64,000 nucleotides of DNA, from positions 116,870,001-116,934,000 of the forward strand of contig OX597819.1 in the NCBI GenBank assembly GCA_951406725.2. Direction: 5' to 3'. Each line of letters starts with the position of its first letter. The first letter of the stretch is position 1. The notes beneath the pieces are model-generated. The model saw only the letters and a list, made by a program, of their open reading frames with translations. It was not told the DNA's origin and made no database searches. Of this stretch, positions 53,439 to 64,000 are shown one piece after another. The stretch is from Octopus vulgaris. Taxonomy: Eukaryota. Both the position numbers and the translations under genes were made by a program.

Positions 53439-54269
53439 CAGTATTTTGTGGCATAGAAAATCATATATTTATTCTGTACGAATACTTTCTTCACCCCTAA
53501 ATATTTATAATTGTATATAAATTCATTAGTTGCTATCATTTATTAGTTTCTCTTGCATATTCTTAATTTATGCATGTGTATGCAAATATAGTATTGGTAT
53601 ATCCCATTTATGTTTATTAGAAATTAAAGAAATAAAGAATTTTGACATGTACGAATATTTATCCCCCCCCCTCTGTACATATATATTTATATATTCGATA
53701 TTGAAATATAAATATAAAGATATCTTAGTTTTTTTTTGCTGATATGGGAGGCTGGATTCATGCATTATTAGTTTGTTTCCATTACAGAAGTTTTCGAATT
53801 AAGTCTACCATCGGCTGCATGCTATGCAAAGTAGGAAAGTATCCTAGTGTCTTAACAAATTTTCAAGCCGATGACATAGAGTATGGTATTTATTCCTGTT
53901 TTGGAAAACACAGATTCGTTTAGTTCGTGGAGTCTCACATGAATTCACGTGAATAAAACAACGAATCAATGACTCAAGAGACGTTACTCCCGGGTGATTT
54001 GTTTTGGCTGCTTTTCTCTCTTGGATTTGTGTTTTAGGCAAATCGTTTTGTGCAATCAATTGTTTGCATTATATTGCTTTTATTCTGGGCATGGTGTTCT
54101 TATACTTGTGTCCTGAGGATGTTTGTGATTAGGATATATTTCTTCTGTGTGTGGTGTTTGCATGCTCTATGTGTTTAGATTTCAAGTTTAGGAAAGAGAG
54201 TATCTCCGTGGAATTACTGTCGCAGATATTGGCTCTTCTTTGAAATATCTGAGAGTAAAATATTTCTCG

Positions 54270-55930
54270 TTCGCACAGTTGTGGCTCATTTTCGTTTCCA
54301 TGGCCACTCTAGTGACCTGTTGGTAAAACTCCCCTGCAAACAAGAAGCATGCGAGCGGGAGAGCAATTTCAGCCAGATGAAGTGTGGTGTGATGTTGGAC
54401 GTTGGGTGGAAGGTCTAAAAGTGTTTTAGTACAAGAATGCCTTCGATGTGTAGGATGACGGTATATTGACTCTTAATATCAACCGCGAAGAGAAGTTTAG
54501 AGGGACCAGAAGGGAAGGAAAAAGAGTTAGATAGGAGAACTTGGTTAGTGTAGTGGATGTGGAAGGGGAGGTGAGCTACCTGGGGGCAAAAACACGGTCG
54601 AGGCATTTACATATAAATTCCGTGGCCGAAGACGATGGAGCGGCCAGAGGTTTTGTGGATTTTGGGACGAAAGCCAATATTAAGGTGCGTGGAGTGCGGA
54701 AAATGAAGCTGAAGGCGGCTGGAGGGACATAGAGGGAGGTGAGGTCAGGGATAGTGGAGGACACAGTCTGCTGGTAGTTAGGTGTAGGGTTGGAGGACAG
54801 AGAGCAATAGGTGTCTTGAAGATGGTGGAGAGCTTCAGATTTGTAGTGTTCTACACGCCCCACCACCACCTTCCACCCTTGTCATCCGGTTTCATGATGC
54901 TATCTTTGCAGCATCGGAAACGTTGAATGGCCGAACGTTCGGTCGGGGAAATATTAAAATGTTGGGGACGCGTGCGAAAGTTAAACCGGTCCACAACATG
55001 TTGGCAGATGCTTGGAAAATGATCAACTGCTAGGAACTGTCCAGGAGCTGGCATCTTGTGGGATGGTCAGCAGCCTAGGTCAGTGAAGCAGTCTCCTTCA
55101 TTAGGTGTAGGCTGAGTGCAGTGGAATAGTGCATATGACTTGATGCGGTTCACAAAGCTATGAATATCAGCACGGGTCTGAGGTTCTTTACTGGATGGAG
55201 TAAGGGGGATTAATCGTAGACCCTTATTGAGAAGAGAGTGCCCTGGTTCAGAGAGAAGAGATCAGGGGGAATGGTAACAACAGACTTAAGTGGGAGGGCC
55301 TGGATGAGTTAGACATTGGGGCGATAGTGGTGGCAGTGGAAGGCTGGGAGAGAGAGGATAGGTGCGTGGGGGTCTGGAGTAACGGAAGGGCTGGGATGAG
55401 GATAAGGAGGGGGTGTATCGGGAGGGAGAGAAATTAGTGAGGGTGGGTGTAGTGGCATCGGATAGGACAGAATGAAGGAGTGAGTGGAGTTTATGTTGTT
55501 TAGTGCGAGCCAGGAACTCGTGGAAATCATGATTTAAATGGATAATGAAGCGTAGAGTAGAATGTGCAAAGGAAGGTGAATGGCAAGAAAAAAGGGTGGC
55601 ATAAGCGAGAGGGAGAAGACGGTCGAGGGCGTGTATTAGAACGAATGATGGCAGTCGTAAGGCGGTGGAAAGTAGTACTGAGTTTGGGTAAGATGGCAGA
55701 AGCAAATTGGAAATCGAGGCGGAAAACTTTGGTGTTTAGATGGTAGTGTAGGCAGTGACTGAAAAAGGAAACATGAGTAGGAAAGCGTGTTTTTTTTAAT
55801 ATCAGCAGGGAAAGATGAATAGAAGTTTGAAAGCAGCGGAAAGGAAGCAGTGATAGGTGTTTCTTTAGGTGGTGGTGAAGGTTGAGTAGGACAGATTTGT
55901 AATCGGGCATACTGAAAAAAAAGCGAAACA
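54270..55930 (-). mobile_element. Degenerate Penelope-like retroelement, N-terminal region plus RT
   Basis: IMKPDDKGG, LFAVDIKSQYTVILH and FAGEFYQQVTRVAMETKMSHNCAN (compare Y.Q..G.AMG). Its 54935-55030 segment is inverted at 56158-56250. Confidence 0.85.
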
Positions 55931-56459
55931 AGAAAAAAAGAAAAAACATGAAGTAAAGGAGATAGAAAGGCAAAGTAATAACGTACGGCATATCAAAGTT
56001 TAAAAAATTCAAAAGCCGTGAAGAGAAAAAAATGAAGAGAAAGGCAAATTAACAACGTACGGATTAAGTAAAAATAGAAAGTTCAAAAACTGAAGACTGC
56101 TTTATCAACCTGCGTTGCCGACATTCCCACTAGACGCCAGCGCCTGGAGAGTCCCATGCAGTTGATCATTTTCCAAGCATCTGCCAACGTGTTGTGGACC
56201 GATTTATTTTTCGCAAGCATCCCCGACATTTCACATTTCCCCGACCGGACGTACATTATATTGGAGCAAATTTACATCAACGGAAAAGTCCAGTGAAATC
56301 CGTGAAAGTATAACCAGTGGTAAATCGGGAGGAGTGCTGGTATGTAGATGAAGTGAGGTGCAGAATAGTCATGCAGTAGTTGAGATATGTAAGTCGAAAG
56401 AGTAAGAGGCTAAAGCAGGATAAAACTGGGGTGGCCACATGATCGTACAATATATAGTT

Positions 56460-56640
56460 GAAATTTACAGAAAAACAAAAGACGAAGAGCAGGTGTATGA
56501 ACAACAAACAGTTGTAGTAATTTGACGATCGGAAATGCTAGAAATTCTTTTACATTTGGAGCCAACGCTGTTCAACTGAAAGGAATACAAGGAATAAATA
56601 CAGAGAGAATAAAAACAATATGCAGTCAAGCATGGTGACT
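56460..56640 (-). mobile_element. Degenerate member of the 7370/13230/20070 repeat family
   Basis: aaaagacgaagagcaggtgtatgaacaac..., with a decayed hammerhead-like motif at ~56555-56582. Confidence 0.55.
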
Positions 56641-56829
56641 GGCTGGAAAAAAATACAGGTTTGACAGTAGAGGTTGAAAGAAGGGGAGATAATAATGTAT
56701 TGGTGATCTCAAAATTAAGGTGCGCTTCCACGTGTGCGTATGTGAGAATGTTTTAGTGTTTGTGTGTGTGTGTGTGAAAAGGGCTGGTAACTTTGACATG
56801 GGTGGATATGTGCGTCTACAACGTGTGAG

Positions 56830-56866
<37 letters not shown>

Positions 56867-57118
56867 CTTACACGCAATGAGTCGAAACAGGGACAGCTGA
56901 AGAAGGGGAATGTTCCTTGTGTTGTATGTCTTGCTTCTCTGTTTTTTCGTTGTTAAAAAAAGTCCGTTTCCTTGTTTTGTTTTTATGTTTTCGCTTCTCG
57001 TGTTCTAAGTCTTTTTGTGGTGTCCTGTACCCATATATGCATGTATATATACATATAGGTGTAGATATGTACATATATGTATGTATGTACGTATGCATGT
57101 GTTTTACTTATTAAATTG

Positions 57119-57161
<43 letters not shown>

Positions 57162-58277
57162 TATAATAGTAGAATTTCTTTGGAAATCGATATTATTCTA
57201 TTGAAATATTATATATAATATATTCTCTTCTATGAATTAATTACAATTTACTTTCTTAAAATTTTGGTGAGATATCGATTGTCAAAACAGGCAAAATCCC
57301 CTGTCAATTAAGTAGGCAATATGGCACATACATATTTATACTCTGTATGTGTGTGTGTTTGCGCGTGTGCGTGTGTGTGTCTTTGTGTGCGTGACTGCGT
57401 GTATGATTGCGTCCGTGTATTTGCGTCCATGTGTGTATGTATATATACTCCGGAATTTTTATGCTTAAATTGGCATCTCATTATTTTCATTAAAAATTGT
57501 GTCTTCTACTACAATATTCTCAATACCTTTCTGCGAATAATATCTAAATGTTTAATTGCACATTCAGATATTTTCTAACCAGAGGAGACTTTTTTTTCCT
57601 TTTGTAGAAATTAATTTTACCTGTATCAATTTCTTATATATTTTGTTCCTCTAAATTGATCATAATAATTGAATGTAAAACTATGCATGCTTCATTTTTC
57701 AAAATTAAATATTGGAAAATATTTGAAAGGCAGATTCGCTTTGAATAATTTATCACTTTTATACCCTCATATAGAAGGTACAAACCTACCAATTCAATTA
57801 TAATTACTTTCTATCTATTACCTATTAATGCAATAATATATCCATACATTGACATATTAATACATGAGATTGAATTCTACGCATATTTTAAAACATTACA
57901 AGAATGTACAATGAAGTACAACTGCCAGATATCTTGAACTTAGATTAATCCACGTTCCTTCCCCACTGCATATGGGTATGATAGCAATATAATGCTAATC
58001 CAATAAATTAAAATTGACAGATACTAAATAGGTCGGATTCCTTATCGTGTACTCGTTTCATACATATGTATAAAGCTAATAAACTGCGTATTTAAATATA
58101 ATTACATCAAATTTATTATATTATAGATTAATTAACTAAATGTCTACATCGAGCAATTAACTTAACTGCCATCAATTTTCATTTGCGAATTGGTATATTT
58201 CGCTGTTCTGTAGGAAAGCTTTACGTTTCAATTCCCTACAACTCATTTGTAAAATTTCGTATAAGCATGTTAGTATA

Positions 58278-58472
58278 CTATTTTACTCTTTTACTTGTTT
58301 CAGTCATTTGACTGCGGCCATGCAGGAGCACCGCCTTTAGACGCGCAAATCGACCCCGGGACTTATTCTTTGTAAGCCCAGTACTTATTTTATCGGTCTC
58401 TTTTGCCGAACCGCTAAGTGACGGGGACGTAAACACACCGGCATCGGTTGTCATGCTAGGGGGACAAACACA

Positions 58473-58543
<71 letters not shown>

Positions 58544-58704
58544 GACAGGCTTCTTTAGTTTCCGAGTACCAAATTCACTCACAAGGCATTGGTCGGCCCG
58601 GGGCTATAGCAGAAGACACTTGCCCAAGATGCCACGCAGTGGGACTGAACCCGGAACCATGTGGTTGGTTAGCAAGCTACTTACCACACAGCCACTCCTG
58701 CGCC
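58278..58704 (-). mobile_element. SINE S2, full-length
   Basis: Reverse-complement homology to 14531-14882 and 15970-16376. Confidence 0.9.
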
Positions 58705-59367
58705 TTTATATATTTCATGTATATACTATTTATTATTTATTCGTAATCTTTATGTTGTAAGACGCTGATAATTGTTATGACTAATAACACAAAGTTTCAT
58801 GGGATTGTTTAAATCGAAAATGAATGCCTTCTATTGGACGGCACTGAACGTTCACACGATACACTGAGGAAGTCATAACTAATGATTTTCAATCTTATTA
58901 TTTGTAGATTACCCAGAAAACTTACGTTATCAGAGGCATGTTCATGGGTACTGAATAAATATATCCATGTTTCCTTTTCATATTTCAATTTTGTTCAGCG
59001 TATATTTCTGACTTGCGACATTCCTCTGACATTTCAAAACATTACTTCTCAAATTCTGTGTTTCGTACTAAACAGGAAGTGACTATCGGAAAGATGTTGT
59101 AAATGGAAAAAAAAACTGTCATGTCTTCCATTTAAGAAATGAACTAATGAACAACAAATTTATTTTGAAGTTCCTATAAATTATGATAACTCATAACGAA
59201 AGGAAATTATTCATTTATTTTTTCACATCCGGCACGTGTTGAAGTAAACAGTCTTAGTAGTGACATATACATACACACATACATGCATACATGCCTGCGT
59301 ACATACACACATACATGCATACATGCCTGCGTGCATACACACATCCATGCATACATACATACATACA

Positions 59368-59398
<31 letters not shown>

Positions 59399-59909
59399 TT
59401 ACTAATGCGGACATTTTGAAAATCGAAGAGAAAGATGAAATGCGCACGTCTACCCAGGCAAGTGCACACATGTAGGACACATATTGGAGTGATAATAAGA
59501 GAGATAACGGTTTTAACTTGAGTTATTTCGATCATAACCATCAGTTACATTGGCAAACACTCTTACTAATTATGTCATCGATGCAAATAAAGCATACGCA
59601 GTCAAAGATCCCTTATATGGTAATCTTCTACTGAACGATTGAAGTGATGTGTATAAGTTGAAATGAAGAAAACTACATACCATCTTATTCGGGTGAATTA
59701 CAAGAAATTGGCCATCTATCATCTTGTCTTACATAGAAACAAAGACACTTTGAATCAAGAGGATTTGCAATACCAGAGTTCTGCATAGGGCGTTACTTGG
59801 GGATCGATAACAGGAACAATGCTTCGATTGATATATATGTATATGTATATATACTATATTTGTTCCACGTCCTCGCGTTGTTGTGTTTTTTGTGCTTTCT
59901 TGTTTCGAT

Positions 59910-59976
<67 letters not shown>

Positions 59977-59984
59977 GTTTAAAT

Positions 59985-61479
59985 ATTTGTTGTGCAAGAT
60001 TTTTTATGTGAAGTCGTGTGTTGAAACAGATATTGTTATATTTCGGAATGGTCATATTGCCAGTTTAACCAATAAAAACACACGCACTATATATTTGGTG
60101 TTATTTTGCTTCAGTGATATTTATTTTTTACATTAATCTTAATCTTATTTCGGCCAAAGTTCTTTCGTCACACTCCTGTGACCGCATCAGTGGTCCTTTG
60201 TTTTCTTCTCACTTACTTGTGTCTCTCCTTACTGACCGTCAGCCATTTTGTATTTCTATTGTATGTCTTCATTTGCGCATGCTTATATCTCTATGTGCGT
60301 CTATGTTTATTTAGTGTGTGTGGGGGGGGGATGCCTGTAATATTTGTATCTTCTGGTTATATACATTCTTGTAATTTGTATTTTGTTTTTGTTGTTGTTG
60401 CTTTTGTTCTAATTTTATTCATGTGTTTACATCCACCCATTATTATCATTACATATGCTTGTATGTATGTATAACAACAATACTAGTAATAATAATAATA
60501 AATCTAATCGAGAAAAAAAAAAAAAAGAATATACATATACATATATATACATATACATACACATACATATACATATATATATATATATACATATATACAC
60601 ACATATATACACATATACATATACATATATATACACATATACATATATATAGATATTCATTTCTATTTCTTTAATTACCTGTGTATTTATTATGTTTGCA
60701 GGATCCACTATTGTCATATGTTGTGGTGTGCGCTATTGCTCCATTCTAGTTTTCTATTCAGGCTAGGTTTATTTTCTATTATATGTGTAGCTTCTGTAAT
60801 TTGTCTAATTGTTGCATCTGTTCTATGTGTGGACAATATCTTAATCTCTATGTTATTGATTGATCCCCCGTGTTCTTGTTCGGCGTGTTGGTACAGAATC
60901 GATGAGCTTTTACCTTCCTTGAGTTGTCTCCAATGTTCATTCACCCGCTCACCAATGCTTCTTGCAGTTTCCCCTACGTATGTTACTGTCTTGTTACTTT
61001 TTCTCGATTAGATTTATTATTATTATTACTAGTATTGTTGTTATACATACATACAAGCATATGTAATGATAATAATGGGTGGATGTAAACACATCAATAA
61101 AATTAGAACAAAAGCAACAACAACAAAAACAAAATACAAATTACAAGAATGTATATAACCAGAAGATACAAATATTACAGGCATCCCCCCCCCCCACACA
61201 CACTAAATAAACATAGACGCACATAGAGATATAAGCATGCGCAAATGAAGACATACAATAGAAATACAAAATGGCTGACGGTTAGTAAGGAGAGACACAA
61301 GTAAGTGAGAAGAAAACAAAGGACCACTGATGCGGTCACAGGAGTGTGACGAAAGAACTTTGGCCGAAATAAGATTAAGATTAATGTAAAAAATAAATAT
61401 CACTGAAGCAAAATAACACCAAATATATAGTGCGTGTGTTTTTATTGGCTAAACTGGCAATATGACCATTCCGAAATAT

Positions 61480-61486
<7 letters not shown>
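59985..61486 (-). mobile_element. 5'-truncated Penelope element: GIY-YIG C-terminus, 3' UTR/pLTR, and an inverted pLTR copy
   Basis: Minus strand [17 protein letters not shown]...[15 protein letters not shown] (60714-60985). 60030-60515 is the reverse complement of 60998-61486. Confidence 0.92.
61321..61365 (+). ncRNA. Hammerhead-like motif with A9C core (also 60152-60196 and 761-805 on the minus strand)
   Basis: ggacca-CTGATGC-g-gtcaca(ggag)tgtgac-GAAAG-aa-CTT-tggcc. Confidence 0.6.
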
Positions 61487-61518
<32 letters not shown>

Positions 61519-62104
61519 AAAGATAATGGCAATGTGCAGATGAACGGCCAGATGGATTCTGAGATCTTATAGAGCAATGGACCAAGAAATTATACTGGTC
61601 GTAGGAAGGACATTTCTTCTCAGCTCTCTAGACTACTGCTCTCAACCACGGTGTCAATTTAATAACTGAACTCTAAGCAGTTAAGTGGTTCTACTCCAAG
61701 TAGATTGCCTCAAGGGAATAATTGAGCTTCAGGAAGACACTCACTAGAGAGAAAGATGGGACGATATGCGGTTAAACACCTATCAAAGATCCTAGAGCGG
61801 TTGGCAACAAACGTTGTCGTCGAACGTTATACTGTAGTTTTACAAAAGTTCCGCAGATCACATCTAGAGTAAGAATTATATAATGCAATAGCTTATAATT
61901 CAAATGCCCGAAACACCTTAAAGATCTACATCGAATCTCAAGAATAATCAGCCGAAATTGCAAGGATAATCGGGTTCTTGACTGAAGATAGAAAATTTAG
62001 AATGACCGGTCCTTGTTTTCTTTTGTATCGTCAATCTGGTTGTTTTGTTGTTACTTTTTCTATCACGTAGTTGTCCGGATGTTTTGCGTTCTTGTCCAGT
62101 ATTG

Positions 62105-62210
<106 letters not shown>

Positions 62211-62232
62211 ATATATATATATCTATATATAT

Positions 62233-63110
62233 AGGGAAGACAACTCTTTGGAGTTCTTCAATTTGTGTTTCTCAAACTCCCCAAATTCTATATATTCCCC
62301 TTCTACCAATGTAAAGACGGGATCACCACACAGGAGAGAATTAACAAGGAGAATCTCGCTATTGAAAAATTCCAAACACAACTTAATATGCAAACTCCTT
62401 GTTGATCAAACTTCCTTTTTCTACCTCATTCTTCATGGATGGACTAACATAAATATATAAGGATACCATGCATTCATCACTTCAAGCTAAAACTTATATT
62501 CTTTAAATATCATTTTTACTAATGTTGTTATTACTATCATTTTTATTATATATGATATAACAATCTGAAATGTAATTGTCTATGCAAATTTATATAATTA
62601 GAAAATAATATAAATAAAGTGTTAAAATCTGAAAGTTAAGTTAACAAAAAATTATATAAAAAAGATAATGCAATTGAAGCTAAAATGATAACTTTATAAT
62701 TTGCGGTTTATTAGCAGCCTTTATTGCAGGGGATTTTGAGAAACACAGATTGAAGAACTCAAAAAAGTTGTCTCCCCTTATTCACAACACAGGAACTGAA
62801 GAACCACAATTACTACTACTTCCTGTTTTGCCAACATCCTTAATTAAACCAAACAACACATGGTCTTAATCCCAGTGGATCCTAATACTTCAAGGTAATT
62901 TTTTCGTGAACAATTATTAAACTCAAGATACACAACGAACTCACAATGTATCGGAGTACTTATTTTTAAATTTTTGTACATATTTATTATTATTCTTTTG
63001 CAAAAAACAATGCAACTTTCTTTTTTCCCCTTTCTCATTTTTAAAAAACTTTTTTACCTAACTATTCTTGATAAGTCACATTATGACGAAAACCGGTTTG
63101 AATAAATATA
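62233..63110 (+). mobile_element. Penelope 3' fragment with a short inverted 5' segment
   Basis: [33 protein letters not shown] (~62289-62387) is a PLE endonuclease C-terminus. 62233-62283 is the reverse complement of 62729-62779. The element ends with a hammerhead just before TA-rich sequence. Confidence 0.8.
63063..63104 (+). ncRNA. Minimal hammerhead with U3-A8 core and UUU triplet
   Basis: tattc-TTGATAA-gtca(catta)tgac-GAAAA-ccgg-TTT-gaata, with palindromic aaaccggttt. Confidence 0.75.
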
Positions 63111-63236
63111 TATTTATATATTTTATCAATCTCTCATTTCATTAAAATTTTCTTTCAATTTAGCATTCTGCATTTTTACAATTTTTCCTTGCTTATCATT
63201 TCTCCAAGTGCGGTCAACACAAACCCACCATTCATT

Positions 63237-63308
<72 letters not shown>

Positions 63309-63334
63309 TATATAGCAGCGTACGTACACTTTGT

Positions 63335-63384
<50 letters not shown>

Positions 63385-63466
63385 TGTATGTATATATCTA
63401 TATATATACATATATATATGTATATATATATATATATATATATACACGCATATATGTTTGTATGTA

Positions 63467-63507
<41 letters not shown>

Positions 63508-63510
<3 letters not shown>

Positions 63511-64000
63511 TGTACTTCTCAACACATAAGAGTACTTCTCATGGGAGACTTCAATCTACCCAATGTCAGATGGCCCGAGTGCCTTTCTCTCCCAGGAATG
63601 ACACGATGTGAACAAGGGCAGGCGAGGTCCCTCCTGAACCTCATCAACACCCTGTACATGGAGCAAGTAATACTCCAACCAACCAGGGCAGGTAACACAC
63701 TGGATCTCTGCTTCACAAATAATATGGATGTCATCCATAATGTGAAAGTGACACCGCCACTACTCTCGGATCACAACATTGTAGAGCTGACCATGTACGG
63801 GCCAAAGGAAAGCATGGACATGCAGCCTACAAGAAACTCTCAGAATCTTTCCAGCTTCAACTTCCATAAGGCAAACTGGAAACAAATTGAGAAAGAGATC
63901 CTCAAACAAAACTGGCCTGAATGTCTCTCCTCGCAAGACATCGACATGAAACTTCAACATACATGTCTGTAATGCAAGCCATATGCTACAAATGTGTCCC
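63508..64000 (+). mobile_element. CR1-like LINE APE endonuclease fragment
   Basis: [13 protein letters not shown]...[15 protein letters not shown]...LSDHNIV; stop at 63970-63972. Confidence 0.9.

Overview
This is AT-rich, microsatellite-saturated animal genomic DNA. The SINE families and the (TA)n/(AAT)n/(CA)n density suggest an octopus (inference). I find no intact host gene, and most ORFs in the track are microsatellite artefacts. The window contains several tRNA-derived SINE families; fragments of Penelope-like elements (PLE), Dong/R4, CR1-like and RTE-like LINEs; mariner and Tc1 remnants; non-autonomous Helitrons; a MITE; a tRNA-Leu(CAA) pseudogene; and two probable decayed host genes (a class A GPCR and an ankyrin...Death/TIR-like gene). 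The main hidden signal, read by eye, is about 18 minimal type I hammerhead ribozyme (HHR) motifs from roughly eight repeat families. They include a near-identical 588-bp head-to-tail retrozyme-like tandem with one HHR per unit, cores with compensatory swaps of the C3-G8 pair (U3-A8 three times, G3-C8 once), and a tRNA-headed SINE whose tail carries an HHR. Many of these insertions sit between (TA)n tracts and are fold-back palindromes. All folds are manual and catalytic activity is untested.
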